The notes beneath the pieces are model-generated. The model did no database searches. It was not told the origin of the DNA and worked only from the letters and a program-made list of their open reading frames with translations. A program made the translations under genes and the position numbers. Shown piece by piece: positions 16,385-34,250 of a stretch of DNA of 64,000 bases (position 1 is its first letter; each line of letters begins with the position of its first letter). The stretch comes from the human T2T-CHM13v2.0 reference genome, Homo sapiens. The DNA lies in NCBI RefSeq assembly GCF_009914755.1, contig NC_060941.1. The stretch is one strand, 5' to 3'.

Positions 16385-16996
16385 TTTTAAAAATAAATTG
16401 TAAAATACATAACAAAAATGACCATTTTAACAAAAGTATAAATTCATTGGCAAAATACACTCCCAATGTTGTGCAACTATCACTACTACTTATTCCAGAA
16501 CTTTCTTTTTCTTTTTTTTGAGACAGGGTCTCACTCTGTTCCCCAGACTGGAGTGCAGTGGCACGACGTCAGCTCATTGCAAAACTCTGCCTCCCAGGTT
16601 CAAGCGATTCTCCTGCCTCAGCCTCCCAAGTAGCTGGGATTACAGGCACCTGCCACCATGCCCAGCTAATTTTTGTATTTTTAGTAGAAACTGGGTTTCA
16701 CTATGTTGGCCAGGCTGATTCTAGAACTTTTCATCAGCCCAAAAGGAAACCTCATACCCATTAAGCAGTCTCTCTCCATTTCTCCCAACTCCCCAGTCCC
16801 TGGCAATCACTAATCAGCTTTCTGTCTCTATAGATTTGCCTACTCTGGACATTTATATAAATTAAATCATATAATATATAGCTTTTTGTTTCTGGCTTCT
16901 TTCACTTGGCATAATGTTTCAAGGTTCATTTATATTTTAGCATGGATTACTACTTCATTCCTTTTTTGTGGTTGAGTAATATTCCATTGTATGGTG
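16385..16996 (-). mobile_element. L1MB-type 3' end, interrupted by Alu
   Basis: aatgttgtgcaactatcac..ccctggcaatcactaatc..tctggacattt..gttcat..aatattccattgtatgg. Confidence 0.85.
16502..16717 (-). mobile_element. 5'-truncated AluS
   Basis: Right arm plus part of left arm; TSD attc(c/t)agaact. Confidence 0.92.
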
Positions 16997-17130
16997 TGTG
17001 TGAAGGCTTTTGTGAAATAAATAATGGTGGTTGGATAGTATGTAACTGCAAGCTACTAAACTGAAGGAATTTATCCTGTGTGACAGGTGGTATTTCTTTT
17101 ACATATGAACATTGTAGAATATGGGAACCT

Positions 17131-17422
17131 GCTGGGCGCGGTGGCTCACACCTGTAATCCCAGCACTTTGGGAAGCCGAGGTGGGCAGATCACAAGGTCA
17201 GGAGATCGAGACCATCCTGACGTTGAAACCCCATCTCTACTAAAAATACAAAAAATTAGCCAGGCGTGGTGCGGACGCCTGTAATCCCAGCTACTCAGAA
17301 GGCTGAGGCAGGAGAATGGCATGAATCTGGGAGGCAGAACTTGCAATGAGCCGAGATTGCGCCACTGCACTCCAGCCTGGGCAACAGAGCAAGACTCTGT
17401 CTCAAAAAAAAAAAAAAAAAAA
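17131..17422 (+). mobile_element. AluY-type
   Basis: TSD AGAATATGGGAACC. Confidence 0.93.
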
Positions 17423-17987
17423 GAATATGGGAACCAATGTATAGCCTATCCAAACCATTCATAATCTAATAAACTTTCTATCCCTATTCAAATTTCATCT
17501 TTCCAGACTGAGAAGTCCTTTAAAAAAATTTGAAGGCTCAGAAAATCCTCATCCACATTATTTCAGTTGCCTTTCAATGAATCCAATTCAAAGGCAGTCA
17601 TTTGTGCTAGTTGCTGGGAATCAGAATTGCAAGACACAGTCCCTGCACTCAGGAAGCTCAAGGTCTAGTGAGAAGATAAACATCCGAACAATTTCACCAC
17701 ACTGTGATAACTTTCAGGATGTAAATCTAAACTGTAAGGACTCAAGTTCACGAAGTTTTCCAGCTGAGGGAGCTTATGCAAGCTTAATATGTGGGTCAGA
17801 AATGCTTTGGTTTGGCTTCCTACCTTCCTGATGGCCAAGGTCTTCAGAGAAAAGCTTATACATTAATCGTCCCTTATGCATGGAGGACGCGTTCCAAGAC
17901 CCCCAAGGGATGCCTGAAACCAGGGACAGGACTGACTCTACAAATACTATCTTTTTTCCTATACATACATACCTACGATAAAGTTAA

Positions 17988-18281
<294 letters not shown>

Positions 18282-18287
18282 GATAAA

Positions 18288-18606
<319 letters not shown>

Positions 18607-18816
18607 GATAAAGTTAATTTCTAAGTTAGGCACAGTAAGAGATTAACAACCATAACTAATAATAAAATAGAACAATTATAACAATATACCGTAATAAAAG
18701 TTATGTGAATGTGGTCTCTCTCTCTCTCTCTCTCTCAACAGATCTGACTGTACTGTACTCCTCCTCCTTCTTGTGATAATGTGAGAGGATGAAATAAATG
18801 CCTACGGGATGAGAGG

Positions 18817-19019
18817 AAGTGATCCTCCTGCCTCAGCCTCCCTGGTAGCTGGAACTACTGGCATGCACCACCACACCGGGCTAGTTTTTAAATTTTTCTT
18901 TTGTAGAGATGGGGTCTGACTATGTTGACCAGACTGGCCCTCAAACTCCTGGCCTGAAGCAATCCTCACACTTTGGCTTCCCAAAGTGCGGGGATTACAG
19001 GCGTGATTGTCCCAAATGT
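18817..19019 (-). repeat. AluJ fragment plus flank, duplicated copy of 21976-22177
   Basis: ~95% identity including private variants; no poly-A tail or TSD. Confidence 0.92.
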
Positions 19020-19440
19020 CAGCAGTGTGACACTGCGTTAGGCTACTATTGACCTCCTGGCAATATGTCAGAAGCAAGATCATCTGGTTCGAGTAATCCT
19101 GAATCACTGAGCCCTGATGATGGCCATAGCTGGATGTGAGGAGCAGATCATGGTAATGACTAATGAATGGGCCGCGTATACAGCGTGGATACGCTGGACA
19201 AGGGGATGATTCATATCCAGGGTGGGATGGGGTGGGATGGCGTGAGATTTCATCACACTTCTCAGAACAGCATGCAATTTAAAACTTATGAATTGTTTAC
19301 TTCTGGAATTTTCCATTTAATATTTTAGGATTGACTGTGGTTGACCACAGGTAACTGAAACTGTGGAAAGCAAGACCAAGGGGGAACTACTGTAATGAGA
19401 GCAGTTGGTGTTGCTTTCCTGAGTAGCTGGGCTCTTCTGA

Positions 19441-19878
<438 letters not shown>

Positions 19879-20161
19879 TAGTAGCAGACCTAGAAAGAAA
19901 TTTCATCAGGCATTCCTTCACTCCTTAGACATATTAAAAATATTAACATGGGAACTAAGGCACTAACCCATGGGCAGCTTCATCGTCTATACTTTCCATC
20001 TTTCTCTCCAACTGTTTATGTTGAAAGATTTCAACCTGACAGAAAAGCCGAAAAGATAGTATAATGAACATCTATATAGGCCAATGTTAAATGGTGAATA
20101 ATGAATGTTTTTAATGTGGTTATATGTAATAATGTCATAATAATGTAGTGATTTCCTTGTC

Positions 20162-20442
20162 TTTTTTTTTTTTTTTTTTTTTTTTGAGACGGAGTCTCAC
20201 ACTGTCACCCAGGCTGGATTGCAATCTCTGCCTCCCAGGTTCAGGTGTTTCTCCTGCCTCAGCCTCCCAAGTAGCTGGGATTACAGGCGCGCACCACCAC
20301 ACCTGGCTAATTTTTTGTATTTTTAGTAGAGACAGGGTTTCACTATGTTGGCCTGACTGGTCTCCAACTCCTGACCTCGTGATCTGCCCGCCTCGGCCTC
20401 CCAAAGTGCTGGGATTACAGGTGTGAGCCACGGCGCCCGGCC
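20162..20442 (-). mobile_element. AluS with ~22-bp right-arm deletion
   Basis: ggctggattgcaatctc junction. Confidence 0.92.
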
Positions 20443-20857
20443 TATTCATTTCTAAAAACTTAAACATGCATCTCCTAAGAACAAGAATATTCTCCAACAG
20501 AATCATATCATTGTTAATCTGAAGAATTTTAACACTGATACAACATTATCTAATGCACAGTCCATATTCAAATGTCCCTCATTTACTCAATAATGTCCTT
20601 CTAGCTGGGTATGTTTTTAAAATCTGGAATCCGATCAAAATCAGAAACTGTATTTAGTTGTCATATTTCTTTAGTTTCCTTTAATCTACAATTCTTCTAT
20701 CCTTTTTCTATCCTTCATGACCCTGATATTTTCCTTGTCTCACAGAACACCCATCAATCTGAACTACTCTTATAGTGTCTGTTGATGTCATTCAAGTTAA
20801 CATTTTTGGCATAAATACAGTAGGTGATGTTGTGTTAATTATACCGCATCAAATTTG

Positions 20858-21170
20858 GAGCAGTGTACTGTGTCCTGTAATCCTAGCGCTTTGGGAGGCC
20901 GACTTGGGAGGATCACTTGAGCTCAGGATTTCAAGACCAGCCTGGGCAACATGGTGAGACCCCCATCTCTACAAAAAATACAAAAAATTAGCTGGGTACG
21001 GTGGTGTGCGCCTATAGTCCCAGCTACTTGGGAGGCTGAGGCAGGAGGATTGTTTGAGCCTGGAAGATGGAGGGCTTCGGTGAGCTACGATTGTGCCACT
21101 GCACTCCAGCCTGGGTGACAGAGCAAGATCCTGCCTAAAAAAAAAAAAAAAGAAAAACAACAAAAAAAAA
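20858..21170 (+). mobile_element. AluJ
   Basis: gggaggatcacttgagc, cctgggcaacat. Confidence 0.9.
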
Positions 21171-21387
21171 CTTGGGGCTTCATAATCCAGGTTGTCATAC
21201 TCCTGGTGATGCTAAGTTTGATCACTTTTTTCAAGTGTCTTTCCTCCTTAATAATTAATAAATAATCTGTGTGGTGATACTTTCAGACTGTGGTTATCCT
21301 GCTTCCCATATCTTTTCACCCAATAGTTTTGGCATTGATGGTCAATCCTGAAACAATTACTGGTGGTTGCAAAAGCTGTTTTTCTAA

Positions 21388-21746
<359 letters not shown>

Positions 21747-21875
21747 CCTTACTCCCACTTTTTTTTAAGTATCACTGTGGATACGCAAACTCATGGACTC
21801 ATGGATGCATTTTTCAAGTTCAGTATCTATAATCCATTAACATTGTTATTCTTTTTATTGCTCCAATTGCCTCCA

Positions 21876-22164
21876 TTTTTTTTTTCAGACTCTTTTTTCA
21901 GGGTCTTACTCTGTTGCCCAGGCAACAGTGCAGTGGTGTGATCAAAGCTCACTGCAGCCTTTAACTCCTGGGCTCAAGTGATCCTCCTGCCTCAGCCTCC
22001 CTGGTAGCTGGGACTACTGGCATGCACCACCACACCAGGCTAGTTTTTAAATTTTTCTTTGGTAGAGACGGGGTCTGACTATGTTGACCAGACTGGCCTT
22101 AAACTCCTGGCCTGAAGCAATCCTCACACTTTGGCTTCCCAAAGTGCTGGGATTACAGGCATGA
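21876..22164 (-). mobile_element. AluJ
   Basis: agctcactgcagcc..ggctcaagtgatcctcc. Confidence 0.9.
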
Positions 22165-23244
22165 CTGCCCCAAATGTGACCTGTGGGAGTCCCTATAAGT
22201 CAGCTCCTGTGTTCTTTTACATAGCCCCATCATTGTTTGTGCGCTTCCTTGATCTCAGACCCAAGATGTTCTAGGCTTGCCTTTTATCTTCCTGTCCCAG
22301 ATTTAGACTCAGTTGCTCCTGCAAAGAGTCTTAGTTTCTTTTGGGAGTGAATAGTATTTAGAAACCAAGAACTGGGTGTAAACTGTGCTCATTACTACAG
22401 GAGTATCACTGCTTCTACATGCTTTCAGTGGTTAAAGTGGGCAATGTATTTATTTACTTAAAGTAGCAGCCCACCATGATACTTCCAATTCAAACCAAAC
22501 ACCATAAAGATCATTATTACTTTTCTCATTCACATTCACTATTTATCTCCCTAGTTCCCAATAACATCAATATATTTACTCACTTACTCTCCCCAACTAA
22601 TACACAAAGCAGATCCAGAATTACTCTAATATCACTCTAAACAATAAATCTACTTAGTAGAATTCAAGATTTCTGCAATTCAATGTCCTTAAAAATATCC
22701 AACTAAGGGTGCATAAAGTATATTTAAGTCACTTACATTCTTCTTTACTGAATACATTCTCTGTATTTTAAATTAACAGATTTTTCTTTCCTATTTGTAA
22801 GTTTATTTCTCAAGATATAACAGAACCTACAAATGTAAAGAGCTTCAAAATTTTAACAACTATTTTATCAAAATGATTAATGTATAAGCTAAAAAGTCAA
22901 GTAATCCTAAAAAAAGGTTATAATAAAAACCAGTGATTTCTACCTGCTCCTTCTGACTTTCCTCCTCATCAAAAGCACTCACTTTTCACTTATTTTGGCT
23001 GTTTCTTCTGTTACTTATCTCCACACTTTTAAACTATATGCCCATACCATAATCTTTAAATTCCATCAATTTTAAATATTACACAGTCACCTTCTCTTTC
23101 ATTATAGGAGTATTTAGCTCTCTTGTACTCCACCTCTTCAATCTCCCATCTACCCTATAGTTGAATCATATATTTTGATTAAATCAAACATCTAACAATT
23201 ACGTTATCATGGCTATGTTTGTATTTACTCTTAACATACTATAA

Positions 23245-23601
<357 letters not shown>

Positions 23602-24314
23602 CATATTTACTCTTAACATACTATAATCGTGCTTCCATTTCTGTATTACTTTTTGTTTTCCTGGGATTAATAATTGCCTCTCTTTTTCAATTGCTTGAAA
23701 TCCCTCCTACTAAATCTCATAACCTTCAGCAATCACTCAGTGTAATTTTTCACGCAGGAAAACATACCATCTATTTTCCCTCTTAGCTCTAGCTCTCTAT
23801 TCTAGAACAGCTGTTCTCTTGGTCTGTTGTGCAGCCTTCCACTGCTGTCATCCTGGGAGTTGTCTTTACTTCTCTCCCTTGTTTCTGTCCTCCCAGATCT
23901 TCTTTCTAGGGTTAATATTTGTCAGTAGCTTCCTGCAATACTACCACCCCTGTTTTTGCTGAGATATTGGATGCCATTCTAAGTTCAGATCCTTTGAAAG
24001 TAATCTGTTGTCCCCTACCTCCCACCCCTAGGGAGGCAGAAACTTCTCTTTAACTGGGTGCTCTGAAATTTCATTATGTTGTGATTTGACATGGGTCTTT
24101 TTTTATTTCATTTCTTAAGCTGGATATTGATAATGGACTCTTTCAATAAATATGGTTACTCCTGTCTGTCAGTTCTTGGGAAATTTCTGGCATTATTTCC
24201 TTTGGTAATTTGTTGACTGTTGTTTTCTCATTGTGGCATTCCTACTCTTTCGATCTTGGATGGATCCTCTAATTTTGATATCTTCCTGTGTCTTTTGGTT
24301 CTACTTTGTGGAAC

Positions 24315-24933
<619 letters not shown>

Positions 24934-25439
24934 CATCTCTTCAACTTTGAAACTGCCAGGAGTGACCACTGATCCTTCCCATTCATTGCTTTTTTTCACA
25001 GACCACCTCTCAGTTCCTTCTTTTACAGAGAGAAAGAAAGGAAGTAGCTGAGGGATGTAAGCCAACTTAACTAGAAGACATTAAGTTCAGTTGTTCTACA
25101 TTTGTTCACATCTAAAATTACTTAATATGTAGGTGGTAGGTCCATTTGTCAAGCAGTAGAAATAGCATCGTTCCTTCCAGTAGCTCAGTGTGACAATACT
25201 GTTTCTTCTATTAAAACAATGTCTGCATTTTGGGGTTTGCAGAAATTCACTGTTTGGCATGACTTTAAGAATAGCTCTAACCAAATGGTCCATGAGAATA
25301 CATAAAAACCTTTTTCAGTTCAACAGGTCCACGAAGAACCCAATAATTCTGAAAGAAACATCGAAGGCTGGAAAAACATGTCAGATGATTGTCAGGAGAA
25401 TATATGTTGCACATCTCAGTGGTGCCCATGTAAGCTGCC

Positions 25440-26348
<909 letters not shown>

Positions 26349-26390
26349 AACCTCTCTGAGGGATTTAAAAAATAAGAAGAAAAAAAGACT

Positions 26391-26710
26391 GGCCAGGCAC
26401 GGTGGCTCACGCCTGTAATCCCAGCACTTTGGGAGGCCAAGGCAAGGTGGATCACCTGAGCTCAGGAGTTTGAGAACAGCCTAGCCTGTGGTTTTGTAGA
26501 AAACTCCATCTCTACAAAAAATACAAAAAGTAGCTGAGTATGGTGGTGTGCACCTGTAGTCCCAGCTACTTAGGGGGCTGAAGCCAGAGGATCTCTTGTG
26601 CCCAGGAGGTTGAGGCTGCAGGGAGCTGTGATCATGTCATTTCATTCCAGCTGGACAACAGAGTGAGACTCTGTCTCAAAAAAATAAAATAAAATAAAAT
26701 ATAAAAAATT
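26391..26710 (+). mobile_element. AluJ
   Basis: Full dimer, (TAAAA)n tail. Confidence 0.9.
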
Positions 26711-27060
26711 AAAATGTTTAAATACTCCAGAAGTCTTAATTTTCAGAAAGAGTGAAGGGCGCAATGCCTCATCTATGGTTATGATTGCAAAAGTACAAAC
26801 TGATTTCAATTGTTTTATTGACAAAGTCATACATCTCTAGAAGATGACAGTTTCTCTAATGTGAAGTCCCAAATTCAAGAGGATTTCCATTAGTTTCCAG
26901 AATAAGTAGCTAAGTGCACAACAGCCCTCTCTGTAAAGTTTGACTGCTACAAAAATAAGAAAACTGGTTTGCATGCTGCTAAGATGACCGAACACAAAAA
27001 CATCTTTTAATAAGGAGCTGAAACCAAGTTGGGAGAAGGCTGCTTCAGTCTTCAATTTTT

Positions 27061-27355
27061 AGGTGCAGTGGCTCACACCTGTAAATCCCAGCACTTCAGG
27101 AGGCCAAGGTAGATCGTTTGAAACCAGGAGTTCAAGACAAGCCTAGGTAAGAAAGCGAGACTTCATCTCTACCAAAAAAACAAACAAAAAAATTAGCTGG
27201 GCATGGTGGTGCACACCTGTAGTTTCAGCTACAGGGGACGAACTCCAGGGCTCAAGTGATCCTCCTGATAGCTTAGCACAGAGGTATGACCATGCCACTG
27301 CACTCCAGCCTGGGCAACTGAGCGAGACCCTGTCTCTAAACAGAAGGGAAAAAAA
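27061..27355 (+). mobile_element. AluJ with internal micro-inversion
   Basis: 27240-27267 is reverse-complement Alu right-arm sequence; TSD ~gtcttcaatttt. Confidence 0.85.
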
Positions 27356-27938
27356 GGTCTTCAATTTTGCAAAAGGGCAGCCATGGTACACCACTCAGTT
27401 GTTCATTCACGGTCTTCAACCCACTTTAAAAGGCATAATGGAAATGACAAGAAAACAGATACAAAAGGTATTTTTAAGAGGATGCGGCAGAATGTATCAT
27501 AAAGTTATTACACAGTAACAGTTTTTAAATGCACTTCTTGGGACTATTCCTGTGCTCCGTTATCTTCTAAACACACTTCCAGATGGCCCCATGTTCGGTG
27601 ACACATTGAGGAGAGAAAGCGGCTGGTGAGGCCACACAAAAGAAACCGGAGGATGGCAGGGTGCTAGGAATGCTGGCTGAAGGGTGGGATGCAGCTTGGG
27701 CATGAGGCCTTTAAAAGGCATATTCTTGACCAAGATGATAAATAGAGAGGACAGTAATTAAGGGAGGAAGACTGGAACTGAGAGAAAACAGGAAAGGAGA
27801 GAGTAGGGGGGAAAGATTACAAAGAGAGAAGTGAGGATGAGTACAGGAAACTCCGGGAGCACCCAATACCCCAGGGCAGGAGATGTGATTTAAGGATGGG
27901 AACATTATGGCTGTATTTGATTGGCTTACATGTAATAG

Positions 27939-29041
<1,103 letters not shown>

Positions 29042-29120
29042 TACGGAACAGGATGGCACAATATTTTGAAGATGCCAAGGAATTTTGAAATTACACTATT
29101 TTAACCTTGCCATAATTTAA

Positions 29121-29510
<390 letters not shown>

Positions 29511-31030
29511 TCTACTATATTTACTCACTTTCAAAAGAACCCTTTTCTGTTTTCCTTCCAGATAAGTTATACCAGCCAAAATATCAACAAAATGGTGAAA
29601 AATCTTAATTCCCTGTCTGCAAGAAAAAAAATATTTATTAGTGTTAAAAAAAAAAAAAAAAAGACTGTAGAAATCCAAAAGTCATTTTGAAAGCAACGAC
29701 CGTTTTAAGGGCCAAAAGAGAAATACGGGCTGTTTCGAGCGTGAATCAAAGTGTCAAAGAACATTTGGAGGCTGCTCGGTAGACATGCACTCTCTCAAGG
29801 ACAACTGAGATGCATGCCTGACTGAGTCACGGCTGAGCACCCAGCGCTCAGCAGTCAGCTCCAGAGCTGCAGAAAGTAACCCAGTGAGACCCGCGGTGCC
29901 GGCTACAGGTCCCTGACAGCTGATACCCAACTTCAATACAAAGATCAATTTGCTGCTAGTCCAGAGAAATTGACCTTCGTGTTCAGACTCATGGGCAGAA
30001 AAAGTCAACAGTGATTTAAAAATGAACCCCAAATCAATTATTCTAAGGAATTTAACGCTGGTTCAATGACTGAAAATTGTCATTGCCTGGCTCTGAAATA
30101 GAAAGGAAAGGTGAGCCAAAAAATAAATACCGAGTCATTGGTAAGGTTCTGTTGGAGTCAATTAATGGATCCCTAGAGCTGATTAAAGAAAAAAAAATTA
30201 TTAATGCAACATCTGGAGTTAAGTTATTTAAAAGCTAATACCAGGGCTTATGCCACTGAATTTCCAAGGGACTTGGCAAAGGAGAATTATCTATTTATTT
30301 TCTAAATACCACAGATTCCTTTAAATTACCCAACCTCTCTTGCTTCATTCAAACATGTGCAGCTTCAAGTGGGCGTCTACTGCATTAGATTAGATAAGTC
30401 ACAAGGGCAGAGTCTCTGGACTGCAGGCGTTGCTTTGCAGTTGAGCTGCTCTCTTCACATGGGTACCACCATAATGTATGCTCCAGGGTGAAGAGCAGCA
30501 GGAGTAGGGATTTACTCACGGACAGAACAATCAATGTGGCCAACAGAGATGCTTTGTACAGAATTACTAATTAGTGCAGCAAGGTATTAATTATTATAAT
30601 TTCTAAAAATATTACAATTCCATCTTTAATTTTGTTTAGTTCCATTCAACTTTTAACAGTGATTGTTTCTTGTAAGCAACGTTAGATGTCACAACTAACA
30701 TGAAAGCAAAACTGTGTCTCATTCTCTGAGCACGCACCAATAACTGGCAGGAGCTGGATGCCTCTTAAACAGAGTGGCAAGCACCAGAAAGTCAGGAAGG
30801 TAATCTGATATTTGAATTTCCATTTAGACAATATCCAAAGAAGATAATCCATGTGTGATTAACTGTGACTTTAATAACCCTACAAACCACGCACGCCTCC
30901 ATTTGATTCATTTTATAGTTACAGTTTTAAAGAAAGGAAAGGCATCAAATCTGTACCCAAAACATCAATTTTAGGGAACTTATTCAAAAAATTTAAAGTG
31001 TCTACCAGCTCACTTTTAAACATGTAACTA

Positions 31031-31320
31031 GGCTGGACGCAGTGGCTCATGCCTGTAATCCCAGCACCTTGGGAGGCTGAAGTGGGCAGATCACTTGAGG
31101 TCAGGAGTTCAAGATCAGCCTGGCCACCATGGTGAAACCCCGTCTCTACTAAAAATACAAAAATTAGCCGGGGTGTTGGCCCATGCCTGTAATCCCAGCT
31201 TCTCAGGAGGCTGAAGCATAAGAATCGCTTGAACCAGGGAGGCGGAGGTTGCAGTGAGATCGTACCACTGTACTCGGGCCTGCATGACAGTGTGAGACTC
31301 TGTCTCAACAAACAAACAAA
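31031..31320 (+). mobile_element. AluS
   Basis: (CAAA)n tail; TSD AAACATGTAA. Confidence 0.93.
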
Positions 31321-31518
31321 CATGTAATTAAAAACAGCCCTAGAGCTATAATGCCAACTTGGGAGAAAAACATAAGGAATCTCTATCTACCAATTACTTT
31401 TGAACACAGAACCCAGAAGTAAAGATTCTCTGTAATTCTATTCCTTTATTTTCCTGCCCTAATACATACTAAAACCTGCCAAATCTTCTCCTTATCTTCC
31501 ATTAAAAATTCTCTCTCT

Positions 31519-31902
<384 letters not shown>

Positions 31903-32109
31903 TCAAATAATAAAAACACACTGAAGGTAAAAGTCTCTATTCAGGTATGATTTAACTCTGCATGTATTTAACTTGATGCGGCCACCCTGTATGATAGGAG
32001 AGGATCAGCAAAGGTCTTGCCTATTCCCCTAGCTCATAACTGATTTAGTGTGAGTGCACGTGTGTATACAGTGTGGTGGTTAATTCTCTTCAAAGGAGTA
32101 TGGAAAGAG

Positions 32110-32300
32110 GATGACAGAGTTGGATGGAACCTCAAAGACCATCCAGTGGCAAAATACATATAATGTAAAATTAACCATCTGAGGCCAGGGATCATTGATT
32201 TTACATGTGAAAAGACATAAAGTGATTTTGCCTCTTCTCTCCCGACCCAGGCTTAGCCAGCTTTGGTAAATTCAGTCCCAACTAGAATCCAATTCTTCAT
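32110..32300 (-). mobile_element. MIR/MIR3 remnant containing a 33-bp foreign insert
   Basis: agagttggatggaacctcaaagaccatccagt..attttaca..aagtgattttgcc. Confidence 0.5.
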
Positions 32301-33520
32301 TTCATTTCAATTTACGGATATAAAAGAAAAATCTATATATAAATAGTGAGCACTTGAGTGTAATGAGAACTGATGAGTTAGGCTGGGTTCACAAAATATA
32401 TTCAGCAGGTATTGGGATTCTATTTCTCCCATAAGTAGGTAGACAAATAGTGTCGGGAAAGCATACTTTGAGTATGCAAAACTAAGTCTGTCCCAGGACA
32501 ACTGACTGTACTTCTAAACCCAGCCCTCATTTGCTGGTCCCAGCAGGTGGGTGAAAACAGATGAATTAATTGGTAAGCAAACACTACCAGAAAACGCGTA
32601 CAAACATGTACACGTACATCAGTCATATCATCAATCAAGGCCCACACGGTGTAATTATTACTCAATAAGAACAGAAACCACTCTTAGAAATCATACCTTA
32701 TCTTTCCAAACCACACCAAGCAAAAACAATAATCAAAAAAAGATTCTACTCTGTGATCATTTCTGACCCCTTGATGATTGCAAAAATCACTGCCTTCTAA
32801 CAGATTACAAAGAGTGTGGAGGTCTCTGAGGTGGTCACGGTGATAGCTCTGAGCCTGTCAGTCCCTATCAACCACCTTCTATTATAAATAAAGGTTTTCC
32901 AATTTTGCACTTCTCTCAAAGGCTTCAATTTGCCTGGATTAAGCTGAAGCGTCAACGTTTGAACTTACTGCTCCTATTCCCACTCCCCAAATAAATGCTG
33001 TTAGCAGAAAAACAGGCTTTTCCACAGTAGGAACTCAAAATCAAAGCAGACAACATTGATGTGGTCACATATAAACGATATTCTGACCACAAACACTTAA
33101 CACGCGCATTATCCAAACCCCATGAGCAATCGCAGGGTACAGGATAGAGTGAATCTTTCAGGGCACCAAGAGAAAGAAAGGTCAGCGAGTCATACATTTT
33201 AGCTCCTGAAATGAATATCCAGCAATGCCAATATATTCATCAAAGTGCCACAGTATTCTCTTAGATTACAGAAGCAGGTCTCCTAAGAGCTTTATACTAT
33301 ACCATTTCACTACTTAGTATATATTATCTTCATGATGGAGAAGTCATTTATTGAAAATACTCCAGGTATGTCTGGGGAGGGGAACAGTTTAAACTGATTG
33401 AAGAAGACATGTTTAAAAATAATAATAAGAACAACTTAAGAAGAGGGACCTGCCTTATTTATCTTTGTAATAATGATAGCTAGGTAGATATTTGCTATGT
33501 TATTATTATTGTTGTTTATA

Positions 33521-33815
33521 TTTTTTTTTGAGACAGTTTTTTGCTCTTGTTGCCCAGGCTGGAGGGCAGCGGCGCGATCTTGGCTCACTGCAACCTCTGC
33601 CTCCTGGGTTCAAGCGATTCTCCTGCCTCAGCCTCCTGAGTAGCTGGGATTACAGGTGCCCACCACCACGCTCAGCTAATTTTTTTTGTATTTTTAGTAG
33701 AGATGGGGTTCCACCATGGTGGCCAGGCTGGTCTCAAACTCTTGACCTCAGGTGATCCACCCGCCTCGGCCTCCCAAAGAGCTGAGATTACAGGCATGAG
33801 CTACCGCGCCTGGCC
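33521..33815 (-). mobile_element. AluS
   Basis: Full dimer. Confidence 0.95.
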
Positions 33816-33969
33816 GGTATTTGATATATTATTATACTATAACCCTCTGGGGGTTGCAGTTTATATAAATATGGTCAAAGTTACAGTCTTTTACATTTTT
33901 CTGTACTAATAAATAGATTTCATTATTATTTTAAATGACTACCTAATTGGGACAAAGAGCCAGAAATAG

Positions 33970-34040
33970 GATGAGGAGAAGAGAAAGTGATGAGGAGAAG
34001 AGAAAGTGATGAGGAGAAGAGAAAGTAATGAAGAGAAAAG
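33970..34040. repeat. 19-bp minisatellite GATGAGGAGAAGAGAAAGT, 3 copies plus a degenerate copy
   Basis: Perfect copies at 33970, 33989, 34008. Confidence 0.95.
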
Positions 34041-34099
34041 AGAGTTCAGAGTTAGAACAAACAGGCCTGGCGTCTGCCTAGATAGATATGAGAAAGAGA

Positions 34100-34250
34100 G
34101 ATCCCAAAGTAGTATATTGTGACATGTTTTATTTGGCCCACATGGTATTTTTTTTATGTGAATTTATTGTCAACATTAAAATATTGGGACATTTCACTTA
34201 GAGATCCAGATTTCAGGCTTCTCTTAAACAAATAAACAGATGATGTAGGA
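34100..34250. mobile_element. MER102-like hAT fragment
   Basis: tgttttatttggcccaca..tgtcaacatt..atttcac..atccagatttcaggcttctctt. Confidence 0.6.
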
